From an uncultured virus (IMG/VR IMGVR_UViG_3300030333_007861) (taxonomy: Duplodnaviria > Heunggongvirae > Uroviricota > Caudoviricetes), in IMG/VR virus record IMGVR_UViG_3300030333_007861: a stretch of DNA of 64,000 bases; one strand, 5' to 3'. The position numbers were made by a program, and so were the translations under genes. Within the stretch, counting starts at the first letter, position 1; every line of letters starts with the position of its first letter. Below are positions 20,274 to 29,897 of this stretch, in pieces. The notes beneath the pieces were generated by a model that was not told where the DNA came from, did not search any database, and worked only from the letters and a program-made list of their open reading frames with translations.

Positions 20274-20419
20274 ATCCAATTGATGCTGCTTGGTCTTTAT
20301 TGAAAGCCACAACATGGCTCACTCCAGACGAGGCTGACGAAATAGAGCGGAAAAGAATCGAGCAGGAAAAAGCAAGGCGTGTAGAAGAAGAACGTAAGAA
20401 AGAATTAGGAGGTGAATGA
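20270..20419 (+). CDS. 49-aa protein MNPIDAAWSLLKATT... (AWxLLK-tagged), not in the ORF track
   Basis: Hand-translated; ATGA overlap with the previous gene and fills the gap exactly. Confidence 0.75.
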   Translation: MNPIDAAWSLLKATTWLTPDEADEIERKRIEQEKARRVEEERKKELGGE

Positions 20420-22010
20420 CGTGCCGAGTGTTTTCCAGACAGGTGAGAGAGCACCTCGTCCTTTATTCCCAGACCGGCTCTATTATACCACTGCGCAGAA
20501 AGTAGCAGATATACTTCAGATTCCTTACCCTGACCCTGTGGATTTAACAGCAGATAGCAATACCAGCGCCACTTCTTTGAAAATCAGTCCGTCTGATTAT
20601 CGACATGTTGGTTTTGAAGTAGGTGACAGTATTGAACTCACCAGTGATACAGAACTCGGTGAAACTGTCACCATTACAGCCATTGCTCGTGACGGGACTG
20701 ATGTTGTTATTTCATGGAGTGGTGGAGTTTCTGGTGATTACGATACTGCAGATAATGCCACAGTGCAGAATCTTCAGTCTTTCACGAACGGTAAAAGGAA
20801 AGGTGTCACGAAGTCTCAAGTGGAGACTTTAATTGCGCGCACACAGGACAAGATTGACAACCTCACTAATAATTCATGGAGACCAATGCTCCAAACGGCA
20901 GAATATCTTAATTTTGATACATATAAGCCATATAGGCGTAGGTATTACACTGATTATGTAGGTACTGTGCCTCTTCTTTTCCGCAACGCTCAACAAATAC
21001 TGAGATTGGAAATATGGCAAGGTCAAGACTATCGTGAGATTGGATGTGCTGAAGTACGACTCAAAGTTCTCGATAATACTCTTCTAACTGCGGACACTGA
21101 CAAGGTGTTCTTATGTCCCGGGGGTGGTGGTGTTGCCACTCTCACGGCTGGTTCAGGCACCAGTAAGTTCTCCCCTTCATTCGACACTGTAAGCACAGCC
21201 CAGCAATTAGCCGACCTTATCAACAAGGATTTGCGTGTAGGTAAGGCTGCAACTGCTTTCTCCCCTTCATTCACATTAGAAGATGCCAGCGCGGATTCTG
21301 GAACTGTGACAGCGAATGTGCATCATGAGTTCCTTGCGAGCGCCAATGCTGATTATGGTGGCGCGCAGTTGAAGATTACCAGTATGCGTCGTGGGGACGC
21401 AGGTGAGAATGCTACCGTTGCTGTTACAGATACATCCGCTATCAGTATCACTGGTGCTAACTCATTCACTGGCACGGTTTCTTCATCAGATTCTACCACT
21501 ATTACACTCTCTGATGCCTCTTCTTTTGCCCCTTATGGCCTCATCACTATTGGTAGCACTGTAGGGTACTACACCAGTATTAGTGGTAATGTTCTCAGTG
21601 GTGTAGCCGATTTAGTAGGAGACGTGAGCGCTGCTGCTACTGCAGATGCAACAGTGAATCAAACCCGTCTCAGTATCGATTATATCGGCACCACCACAGG
21701 GGACGAGGCTCGTTTGAGAGACTGGTGGTGCGACTATGACCTTGGTATCATTTATTTCAATAATTCATATCCTTACTTTTCATGGAATGCTGTAAAAGTC
21801 TCTTACGTGTATGGAGAGAGGTATGTGGAAAAGGCTATTGAAGATATATGTACCAAACTTGTCGCTATGGACCTCATTCTTTCTGATGACCGCAGTGTCC
21901 TCATGCCAGAAGGTACACAGAATGTAGACCTTGGTTCTAAATATCAATTGTTTAAAGCGCAGGTAGCGGAAACTCTACCGCGCTATACTGAAGTAATGAC
22001 AGTGTTATGA
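20412..22010 (+). CDS. Head-tail adaptor/neck protein with inserted beta-rich modules (start probably GTG 20421)
   Basis: Y.T...VADIL, LI....DKID..T...W, VKVSY.YG....I...C..LVA resemble SPP1 gp15/HK97 gp6-type adaptors. Confidence 0.65.
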   Translation: MNDVPSVFQTGERAPRPLFPDRLYYTTAQKVADILQIPYPDPVDLTADSNTSATSLKISPSDYRHVGFEVGDSIELTSDTELGETVTITAIARDGTDVVISWSGGVSGDYDTADNATVQNLQSFTNGKRKGVTKSQVETLIARTQDKIDNLTNNSWRPMLQTAEYLNFDTYKPYRRRYYTDYVGTVPLLFRNAQQILRLEIWQGQDYREIGCAEVRLKVLDNTLLTADTDKVFLCPGGGGVATLTAGSGTSKFSPSFDTVSTAQQLADLINKDLRVGKAATAFSPSFTLEDASADSGTVTANVHHEFLASANADYGGAQLKITSMRRGDAGENATVAVTDTSAISITGANSFTGTVSSSDSTTITLSDASSFAPYGLITIGSTVGYYTSISGNVLSGVADLVGDVSAAATADATVNQTRLSIDYIGTTTGDEARLRDWWCDYDLGIIYFNNSYPYFSWNAVKVSYVYGERYVEKAIEDICTKLVAMDLILSDDRSVLMPEGTQNVDLGSKYQLFKAQVAETLPRYTEVMTVL

Positions 22011-22026
22011 TGAAGGTGTCCGAAAT

Positions 22027-22281
22027 ATGATTGATGGGAAGGCATTCACTGATGTTGTGATGATAGCCAGAAGGAATAGTATCTTCTTACCGGAGAATCG
22101 TATGTTCCTTCTCGCTAATGCCCATGCCTATGGGTATGAAGTAACAGACAAGGGAGTGATTGTAGATAAAGAAGGGACTCCTTTAGCGCCGACTCATGAA
22201 GATTATGAGACTATCATCATGAAGTCGAAAAAAGTTGTTGGTACAAGTAGTTCGATAGGGGCTGATTTAATTGGCAACTGA
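22027..22281 (+). CDS. Hypothetical protein
   Basis: 84-aa ORF filling the operon. Confidence 0.6.
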   Translation: MIDGKAFTDVVMIARRNSIFLPENRMFLLANAHAYGYEVTDKGVIVDKEGTPLAPTHEDYETIIMKSKKVVGTSSSIGADLIGN

Positions 22282-22711
22282 AGCGATACCTTTACTCAAG
22301 TCGATACTTGACACTAATTGGAATAGAGGTAATACTAATCAAAGGAAGCCAGTCATACAGGATATCACCACGATAGATGCTGGGAAAGGGAAAAGATTCG
22401 ACCTTGGGCGTAGTGATGCTATCTTCCTTTACGAAACCGCGCATAGTGAAGAACAGCCAGAATTATTCTATGATTTTGTAAATACGCGTAAAAACGTAAC
22501 AGTGGATGCCAGAACCATGGAAGGGCGCGCACAATTAGAGAAGATAGAAGATGAGATTCGGCGGGTAGTACATAGTAAAAGGAAGGGGGACGGAGAGAAT
22601 CTGGACCGACTACTCTATAAGACGCGTACTGACCTATCCGATAGAACCAAGAGGTTGCACCGTATGACCTTCCAAGTCGAAATTGTCATATTCAGTGAGG
22701 CCATCGCGTAG
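22271..22711 (+). CDS. Putative tail terminator/completion protein
   Basis: 146 aa, immediately before the major tail gene; size and position typical. Confidence 0.5.
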   Translation: MATEAIPLLKSILDTNWNRGNTNQRKPVIQDITTIDAGKGKRFDLGRSDAIFLYETAHSEEQPELFYDFVNTRKNVTVDARTMEGRAQLEKIEDEIRRVVHSKRKGDGENLDRLLYKTRTDLSDRTKRLHRMTFQVEIVIFSEAIA

Positions 22712-22728
22712 AAAAAGGGGAATGAAAT

Positions 22729-24690
22729 ATGCCATCGACTGTCTATAAAGGAGACCTCGCTGAGGTATCATTCGGCCATGAAACCGGTATCGTGCTCACC
22801 CATGGGCATTGGGGGAGTCTGGATTTCTCCATCTCCACGAGTGGTGATGTGAGCACTATCAGTGTTCTGAACGGTGCTGGGAACTTTTTCTACACAGGAT
22901 TCCTCAATTATCCTGAAGGTATGCTCGCTGGGTCTCGTCTTCGTGTGATTGGTGGAGGTAATTATAGTAGTGATGATTTCACTAAAGGGCACATCTACAC
23001 CATTGTAGATAATTATGGTACCACTATTAAAGTCACACCAGCGATGCAGAGCACAGGTGTTTCTGACACGGGTGATGTAATCATCATTGAGAGTTTAGGC
23101 ACTCCCACTCTGGACCCGGGGATGACATACTCTACCAGCGCCGCTGCCAGTGATGAAAGTGTGCTCACAGACCAGTTTGTTGGTCTTGCGGCCACCCTTA
23201 CCGTGCCAGAGACGACAGTGGAGGTTTTGCGCAGTCATGTAGTCGGTATTGGCCGAAACGTGGTAGTTCAAGAACCTCAAAAGATTGTGAACTCAGGTGG
23301 CTCTCTTGAGACCATGATGCACAGTGCTCGTTGGTTCTATTATGCTCTTGGTGCTGAGGCAGTAGTAGCGCCGTCGGCTCTTACATCTGCTGATTCTGGC
23401 ATTGTTGATGATGGGGCCGATGTTAAGGCTATTGCTGCGGGTGATACATATGTTGAGTTGGCTGCCGCAGCATCTGGAGGAATGCCATCAGTTGGGCAAT
23501 ATATCGTTATTGTCGATAACGATGCGGTTCTCACTCCTTATGAAGACGAGCCGACATCGCCAACTAAGTGGACAGGTACACAAACTCAATTCCATACCAG
23601 CATACGCACCGAGATGCGCCGGGTTATTGGTATAGACCAAACAGTCGGAACAGCACGCCGAATCTATGTTGATGACCCGTTTTGCTTCGACCATGCTGCT
23701 AAAGACGGCAGTGCTGGTATTCAACGTATTAACAAATTGGCCGTAGATGATGCTTCGACTAATGGCTCGCCTAATTTTGACACTGCAGCGGCAACTTATG
23801 GAACCATCACGAATCGCCAAAAGCGTGCAATGTGGACCGGTAGTCATATCCCTTCCTTTTCTCTCGAACAATCCTTCAGAACCCATGATGTGAATTCTTA
23901 TGGTACTGGTGGCTATGCAGGCTCACAGGCAAATAACGCTCCCGGCGCGGCTAATGACAGTAAACAACTCACTCGTGTTTTCCGCGGATGTAAAGTAAAG
24001 TCGTTTGAACTCAAGGCTGATGCGGAAGCAGCAGTTATGATGAAAGTTGATTTCGATGCCCTATTCTGCTATACAGATACTGGACGTCTTGAGAACTCCA
24101 ACAAAGGTGACCGTTACACCGCTCACCGTATGTTTGAGAACATCGCTAATGGTCCTTCAGAGAGGAAACTTGCAGGTATTGCACCAAACACCGAGAAGCC
24201 GTTCCTCTATTACAATGGGACCATTACTGCTTTCGGTATCGCCCTTGCTCAAATCACAAACTTCTCTTTAACTGGTAGTAATGGCATTCAGACGCTTTAC
24301 ACTGTACGTGGTAATCCTTTGGCGGAAAGTCGTAATTCGGCTGGAGAATCTCTTGAGCAAGTCCCATTTGCTGGGTCTCGGAATCCAAGCCTACAAGTTG
24401 AGGGTAAGGTCGAATATGAAATGACTCTTGGTATTATTGTAACCGACCCTCTCCTCTTCCATGAGTTCCGCACTAACCGTACTCATGGTTATTCAGAGCC
24501 TATCACTCTGCACCTTGTGAAGAATGGTGCAGGTTCCGACAGAGAAGAAGTATATGTCGTTATTGATGATTATATTATCTCAGAGGCCCCTCTTCAAATC
24601 CCTGAAGATAAGGGACCTATTAAGAGTGAATTGAAAATCAAACCGAAGCATGTGAAAGTCATAGCATATGACACCTTGCTCCATTCTTGA
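22729..24690 (+). CDS. Putative major tail (tube) protein with large insertions
   Basis: SFSLEQ...RVFRGCKVKSFEL...NFSL tube-like segments; upstream of the tail chaperone and tape measure. Confidence 0.6.
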   Translation: MPSTVYKGDLAEVSFGHETGIVLTHGHWGSLDFSISTSGDVSTISVLNGAGNFFYTGFLNYPEGMLAGSRLRVIGGGNYSSDDFTKGHIYTIVDNYGTTIKVTPAMQSTGVSDTGDVIIIESLGTPTLDPGMTYSTSAAASDESVLTDQFVGLAATLTVPETTVEVLRSHVVGIGRNVVVQEPQKIVNSGGSLETMMHSARWFYYALGAEAVVAPSALTSADSGIVDDGADVKAIAAGDTYVELAAAASGGMPSVGQYIVIVDNDAVLTPYEDEPTSPTKWTGTQTQFHTSIRTEMRRVIGIDQTVGTARRIYVDDPFCFDHAAKDGSAGIQRINKLAVDDASTNGSPNFDTAAATYGTITNRQKRAMWTGSHIPSFSLEQSFRTHDVNSYGTGGYAGSQANNAPGAANDSKQLTRVFRGCKVKSFELKADAEAAVMMKVDFDALFCYTDTGRLENSNKGDRYTAHRMFENIANGPSERKLAGIAPNTEKPFLYYNGTITAFGIALAQITNFSLTGSNGIQTLYTVRGNPLAESRNSAGESLEQVPFAGSRNPSLQVEGKVEYEMTLGIIVTDPLLFHEFRTNRTHGYSEPITLHLVKNGAGSDREEVYVVIDDYIISEAPLQIPEDKGPIKSELKIKPKHVKVIAYDTLLHS

Positions 24691-24699
24691 GGTGAAAAA

Positions 24700-25875
24700 A
24701 TGAACGCGTTAGATATTGCTTGGGCCATCTTAAAACTCGACCCTGAGAAATTCACACCCGAGGAAAGGCGGGAAATAGGAAGAACAGGCGGTCTACGTCG
24801 GCTACGGGGTACTGCCGGGGGTCTGGTAGGAGGTAAAGATGTCCCACTACCTACCGATGCAGCCGTTGCACGTCTAATCGCTGCTCAACGTCGTCCAGAG
24901 GGGGACATTGGTGAAGGGAAGACCCCGAAACAAACTGTATTGCCGGGGGCAGGGCCACAAGGAGCACCAAAAGCGGGGTATGGTGGCTTTAGCCCAGTAG
25001 GTGAAAAGCAGATGATGGACGACCCTAACTTAGAAGGTGAATTTAGGCCTCCTCCACGAATACCTTTACTTGAAGGGCAAGAAGCACTTGATGCGGAAGC
25101 CGCTTTATCACCAGAGCCTCCAACTCAAGATGAGCGATATGAGGAAATGGGGAGAGGTGTTAAAGAACTCATCCGTCCATTACAAAGGCAACAACGAAGG
25201 GAACAACTTGCCAGTATCTCTGATTCAGAAAAGCGGGATTTGAGAGAGCAAGCGATTAGGCAAGGGATGGATAGGATATGGCACGAGCATATAAGGGATT
25301 CAGACTGGGGAGGACGAGAGAGACCGCCCAGTGATGCCCATCGGCAACTTTTCACGCCAGAGGCTGAACGTGCAAAGCCAATCATAGAAGATTATATTCA
25401 GAGTATTAGAGATGAGATGGGAGGCGCTCCATCATCCCAAGAGATTCGTGACCAAATGAAAAACTTCCGTGATTATCTGATGCGGGGAGGACAGTCGCAT
25501 CCCTTCTACGACGAACCCGGTGATGAAAGCATCTTGGACCGACTCAATGAGGAAGGTATCCATCCCGGGGGTATAGAGCATTATCTACATCAGAAACACA
25601 TCAGGCCTTATGAAATTCAAGAGGGTCGACGCGAGAGAGCAGAGAGGAAAGTACAGGTCCAACGAAGAAAGAAGAAAGAACTCGCGGCTCAGAAACGCTT
25701 TGAGGAGGAGGACCCGCAAGCACGCTTGAGGCAACAATTCGAAAGCATGATAGAGGGTTCTGATGAAGAGCAACCTGCTCAAAAAACAGTGGGAGTGAAA
25801 AGCCAAAGACCACCTCCCCCTACAAGAGGGCAGAGGAGAGTAGGTGTGCAGCGAGAAGGTGATTCAAATGAGTAG
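24700..25875 (+). CDS. Charged, disordered hypothetical protein with N-terminal MNALDIAWAILK tag
   Basis: 391-aa ORF, GAGGTGA RBS. Confidence 0.75.
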   Translation: MNALDIAWAILKLDPEKFTPEERREIGRTGGLRRLRGTAGGLVGGKDVPLPTDAAVARLIAAQRRPEGDIGEGKTPKQTVLPGAGPQGAPKAGYGGFSPVGEKQMMDDPNLEGEFRPPPRIPLLEGQEALDAEAALSPEPPTQDERYEEMGRGVKELIRPLQRQQRREQLASISDSEKRDLREQAIRQGMDRIWHEHIRDSDWGGRERPPSDAHRQLFTPEAERAKPIIEDYIQSIRDEMGGAPSSQEIRDQMKNFRDYLMRGGQSHPFYDEPGDESILDRLNEEGIHPGGIEHYLHQKHIRPYEIQEGRRERAERKVQVQRRKKKELAAQKRFEEEDPQARLRQQFESMIEGSDEEQPAQKTVGVKSQRPPPPTRGQRRVGVQREGDSNE

Positions 25876-26302
25876 GAGATTTAGTTTACACCCGGGCTCG
25901 CCTCGTCGCCCATCAGATATTTTACAAGAAGAGGAAATGGAGGAAGAGCCAGTAGTTGCCGAAGAGGAGGTTTTCGACCCTGAAGCGGCAGCGATTGATG
26001 GGAACCCTTTCCCTGAAGAGATTGTTTCAGAAGAATCTACTGAGACTGAAGAGAATGAACCAGAATACGAATCCATGACTGTTGATGAACTGCGAGCACT
26101 TTGTCGTGCCCGAGAATTACCAGTCAGTGGTACTAAGGCGGAACTCATTGCCCGCCTGAAAGATGAAGAAGCCCCCTCGGAAGAGGCAGCAGACACGTCT
26201 GAGGACGCCCCCTCGGAAGAGGCAGCGTTAAGCAGTGATGATACACCAGAGGGTGAAGTAAGTGAGTCGGGAGAAAACGGAACAGAAGAAATTAGTCAGT
26301 AA
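25868..26302 (+). CDS. Acidic SAP-domain protein
   Basis: YESMTVDELRALCRARELPVSGTKAELIARL matches the SAP consensus; ATG 25868 follows GGTGA RBS. Confidence 0.8.
   Translation: MSRRFSLHPGSPRRPSDILQEEEMEEEPVVAEEEVFDPEAAAIDGNPFPEEIVSEESTETEENEPEYESMTVDELRALCRARELPVSGTKAELIARLKDEEAPSEEAADTSEDAPSEEAALSSDDTPEGEVSESGENGTEEISQ
26171..26226 (+). repeat. 20-bp direct repeat gccccctcggaagaggcagc (APSEEAA x2)
   Basis: Copies at 26171-26190 and 26207-26226. Confidence 0.85.
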
Positions 26303-26648
26303 TGTGAATAGCCTATTAGTTGGTACCGCCGCAGAAATGCATGAGATACCGGTAGGTGATGAATGCATCAGAGTGTGGGTCAAACCAATCACTTTTCTCC
26401 AGACACAACGTGCTATCAAAGAAGTCGTGAATATTAACGCCACAAGTGGTGAAGTAGGAATCGACCTTGAGGGATATTGGAAACATATGTTCACAACATG
26501 TATTGAGCGTACTGAGCCAGAGATGGGTAAAGCACAGATGCTCAACCTTCAACCTGAGATTCTACAAAAGATATCTGCATTGTTACCTCAACCACAGGAC
26601 CTGATGTCAGGCCCTTTAGTGGGTGGGGAGGAGACATCGAGCGAATAA
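26262..26648 (+). CDS. Tail assembly chaperone (gpG-like)
   Basis: Size and position between the tail tube and tape measure; slippery site near the 3' end. Confidence 0.7.
   Translation: MSREKTEQKKLVSNVNSLLVGTAAEMHEIPVGDECIRVWVKPITFLQTQRAIKEVVNINATSGEVGIDLEGYWKHMFTTCIERTEPEMGKAQMLNLQPEILQKISALLPQPQDLMSGPLVGGEETSSE
26612..26618 (+). promoter_or_regulatory. -1 ribosomal frameshift heptamer C CCT TTA
   Basis: X XXY YYZ in the correct phase; the -1 frame is open to TAA 26914. Confidence 0.8.
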
Positions 26649-26656
26649 CTGAATTC

Positions 26657-26914
26657 ATGCGAGGTAAACACCAAGATGATGTTACCCTCGTAGTAGACGC
26701 GGGGGTATATATGGTGATGAAGCATTACAGTCTCAGTCTCCGCGATATCGACTCCCTGTCCATGGATGAATTCGGACAGATGTTCTCTTGGGCAGTGTCT
26801 GCCAAAAAGATAGAGGCAGAAGAAATGGACAAAGCGGTCGATGGTGCTAAGAGTGGAACGCGCGTAGCGGGAACAGACGTGGGGGGACCCATGCCGCATA
26901 GTGAAGGGTGGTAA
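26657..26914 (+). CDS. Tail assembly chaperone C-terminal part (gpT-like), probably expressed by frameshift
   Basis: Lies in the -1 frame of the upstream gene; DIDSLSMDEF-type motif. Confidence 0.7.
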   Translation: MRGKHQDDVTLVVDAGVYMVMKHYSLSLRDIDSLSMDEFGQMFSWAVSAKKIEAEEMDKAVDGAKSGTRVAGTDVGGPMPHSEGW

Positions 26915-26916
26915 GA

Positions 26917-28677
26917 ATGGCTGACGCTGCTGAAAGTACAAAGCAGATGGGGGAGTTGGAAGCACAACTTCAGAGTATGGCTGAGGCAATAGGTAAACTA
27001 ACCAAGGAACAGGTTATTCTCACCAGTGGTACAGAGAAGTGGAGAAATCAGACAGGCTTACTTCAGAAACAGAAGAATAAATTTCGTAGTATGATGAGCA
27101 CAGGATTCGTAGGGGCATTGATGAAAACTCACAATACTGTGAAGAATCTCAATAAGGGGATGGTAGAATATGAAATGCAAACAGAAGAAGGTAAGAAGAC
27201 TCTCCTGAATTCTATGCCTGCCTATAGCGGCTTTTTCGTTAAAATGATGCAAGGTACGAGAATTCAGCGCGCTATGACCGATGTCACTGCAGGTGCTAAT
27301 GCAGTGTTTGGGGACCAATCAAAGATAGTGAATAGAGTAGGTATGAGAGTGACTCGATTGGCCACAGCAGTCGGTGGTTTATTCGGATTCCTTATTGTAG
27401 CGGCAATTGGTATAGGATTATTTGTCACGGCTATGGATGGTGCTAACACTCCATTATTATCAGCCACTGAAAATATGGGCATTTTACATAGTGCTGTAGA
27501 AGGTCTTGTTTTCGCACTTACTGGTGAAGGGGAAGGTACATTCTTAGATGTTATAATTGCCGCTGTTATTATCGCCGCCCCTCTTTTCTTGATACTTGGC
27601 TCTACTATAGCCGCAGTAGCAGCAGGGGCAATAATTGCGCTTGGTGTTTTTCACACGTTAAGAGATGCAGGAGTGGGGATGAAAACAGCAGTGACTATCG
27701 CTATTTCTGCTTTCGTAGTTCTCACTGTGACACTTTTGAATTTAGGTGCTGTAGGTACAGCGCTGGTAGGAGGAGCAGTCACTGGTATTGGTGCAACAAT
27801 TGCTGTCTTCGTAGTTGGTGTGGGCTCTATTATAGGAGGTATAGCATTAGTCGTTGCAGGTATGAGTAGAGCAGTGACGTGGTGGAAATCGATATTGATG
27901 ATAGCATTAGGGGCATTCCTGATTTTTATCGGTGCTATAATTCTCGGTGTTTCTGCGCCGATTGCTGCTATTGTCGCAGTAGTTGTTTTCATTTTAGCCT
28001 TAGTAGTCCGTTTCAGAGTCGAGATAGTCGCATTCTTCATGGGATTGTTCGATTTTATTGTTAAGTGGGGTGTTCGCTTAGTGGTTGGAGTGGCAACATT
28101 CATTGGTAATCTTATCGGAGTCATATTGTTACCTATCACTGTTGTAATCGCCGTGATAAGTGGTATTGTAGGCGGGCTTATTGCTGGCGTTGTTACTATG
28201 TTCACCAGTTTCTGGAATGATGTCGTGAGAGGAGCAGGCTCAATCCCAGACAGATTCAGGAGATGGGGTAAAAATATCAAAGATGCAGTAGTAGGTGTTT
28301 TCGTAGATACTTTCAATTGGGTTGTTAGGAAATATAATGCGTTCGCAGAATTCATGAGTTTCGAGATACCAGAGTGGGTACCATTAGTGGGTGGTAAAGA
28401 GTTCAAATTACCAACAGTTCCAGAAATTGCTCTGGCTAAAGGTGGAATTGTTAAAACACCTACGCGCGCCCTCATTGGAGAGGCAGGCCCAGAAGCAGTC
28501 ATACCATTGAATCGTATGAAAGAGATGGGAGGACTGGGTACTACCATCAATGTAAATATAGATGTGAGTGGTGTCACAGACCGTTCAGATAAGCGCGCAC
28601 TTGCACGTGAAATCAGTGACCTCATTGCTCAAGAAATGAGGCGTAATGGTGGAGCCCCAACAAGAGGTAGATTCTGA
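26917..28677 (+). CDS. Tape measure protein with hydrophobic segments
   Basis: A/G/I/V-rich helical repeats; C-terminal LAKGGIV..PT.ALIGEAGPEAVIPL typical of tape measure C-termini. Confidence 0.85.
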   Translation: MADAAESTKQMGELEAQLQSMAEAIGKLTKEQVILTSGTEKWRNQTGLLQKQKNKFRSMMSTGFVGALMKTHNTVKNLNKGMVEYEMQTEEGKKTLLNSMPAYSGFFVKMMQGTRIQRAMTDVTAGANAVFGDQSKIVNRVGMRVTRLATAVGGLFGFLIVAAIGIGLFVTAMDGANTPLLSATENMGILHSAVEGLVFALTGEGEGTFLDVIIAAVIIAAPLFLILGSTIAAVAAGAIIALGVFHTLRDAGVGMKTAVTIAISAFVVLTVTLLNLGAVGTALVGGAVTGIGATIAVFVVGVGSIIGGIALVVAGMSRAVTWWKSILMIALGAFLIFIGAIILGVSAPIAAIVAVVVFILALVVRFRVEIVAFFMGLFDFIVKWGVRLVVGVATFIGNLIGVILLPITVVIAVISGIVGGLIAGVVTMFTSFWNDVVRGAGSIPDRFRRWGKNIKDAVVGVFVDTFNWVVRKYNAFAEFMSFEIPEWVPLVGGKEFKLPTVPEIALAKGGIVKTPTRALIGEAGPEAVIPLNRMKEMGGLGTTINVNIDVSGVTDRSDKRALAREISDLIAQEMRRNGGAPTRGRF

Positions 28678-29897
28678 TGGCGACCGGCATTCGTTTAATT
28701 ACACGTGTTGGTAACATCATCAATATCGATGCTACTGATTTCACAATGGATTTCAAGAGAGGAGTTGCTTCTATACCAGTCCCTGCAACAGGTGAGCGTG
28801 TAGCGGCAGATATGAATCTCGTAACTGCCAGTATTCGACTCAACGCTATATTGAGAGATGATGATTGCACAGGCTCAGATACTGATGGTGTAGCCGCTTC
28901 AGCAACTTTAGATTTTGGTTCTAAAGGTGCGGCTATGAGTGAGACTGAAGATGAGCCCGAATTTACCTATATGGTGGGTGATGTGTCTGGAGGTGTAACT
29001 GTCTCAGACCTTAACGATAAAACATTCAGTATCCGAACAAAATATCTTGTTGATAATACAACAACCACTGTCATAACCGTGAAGTTCGATAATACTACAT
29101 CCAGTCACTCAGTAAGTGGTATGATTCTCACAGTAGGTATAAGCGGAATTACAACCGGTCAAGAGTTAGCGGGCCGTGTCTATGCTGCAATGACAAGTCA
29201 TAGTGGTACATTCGGCTCACAGATTTCGAATGGTACTCCGAACAACACTTTCAGTGGCGCATTCACAATCACTCAAGGTACCGGGGCCTTGACTCAACTG
29301 ACAGGTGGCTCAAGCACTCTCATCACTCTCACTCAGAAAGATAAGGGGATATCTGGCAATACAGATATTAAAGTCTGGACAGATGATAATGAGGCCGGTG
29401 TGCCCCCCTTCAAACATGATGATTTCAGTGGAGGCCAGACTCATACATGTAAATCTGCAGGTGATAAAGCGCAAGACCTCATCGCAAATGTAGCAAATAG
29501 CAATGTGATGGGTGCTGTAGGTGAAGTATTCCAAGTAGGTGGTTTCAGTCTTGAGAAAGTCACGAACATAAAAGCACTCAATACAGGTACAGATGATTAC
29601 ATCATAGGTATCCAAATCCCCTATAATTCATTAATACAGGCTACATTGGGCGCTACTGGTGACCCGCAACAGGGCTATGCTACTCGTAATCATCTCATCG
29701 TGACAGGGATGACTGGAAGTACTCAACAAGGTAGTGAAGGTAATTCTAATGCTACAGGCATCAAATTTGATGTGAAAGACCCTATGACTGGTATTCGTGG
29801 TACCGTAGTTGGTCTCACTCTCGCTTATGATGCTGGGAATACGACTTATGATGCTACTATTGATTTCGCGCCGATTGACTTGATTGCTGGGGTATGA
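28677..29897 (+). CDS. Putative distal tail (Dit-like) protein with inserted module
   Basis: Directly after the tape measure (TGATG coupling); 406 aa. Confidence 0.55.
   Translation: MATGIRLITRVGNIINIDATDFTMDFKRGVASIPVPATGERVAADMNLVTASIRLNAILRDDDCTGSDTDGVAASATLDFGSKGAAMSETEDEPEFTYMVGDVSGGVTVSDLNDKTFSIRTKYLVDNTTTTVITVKFDNTTSSHSVSGMILTVGISGITTGQELAGRVYAAMTSHSGTFGSQISNGTPNNTFSGAFTITQGTGALTQLTGGSSTLITLTQKDKGISGNTDIKVWTDDNEAGVPPFKHDDFSGGQTHTCKSAGDKAQDLIANVANSNVMGAVGEVFQVGGFSLEKVTNIKALNTGTDDYIIGIQIPYNSLIQATLGATGDPQQGYATRNHLIVTGMTGSTQQGSEGNSNATGIKFDVKDPMTGIRGTVVGLTLAYDAGNTTYDATIDFAPIDLIAGV

Noticed and set aside
22729..24690. Contractile tail sheath
   Set aside because: No sheath motifs recognised and no separate small tube gene follows; tube-like segments fit better, though this is not proven
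27651..28625. 324-aa minus-strand ORF
   Set aside because: Antisense shadow of the hydrophobic tape measure gene; no motifs
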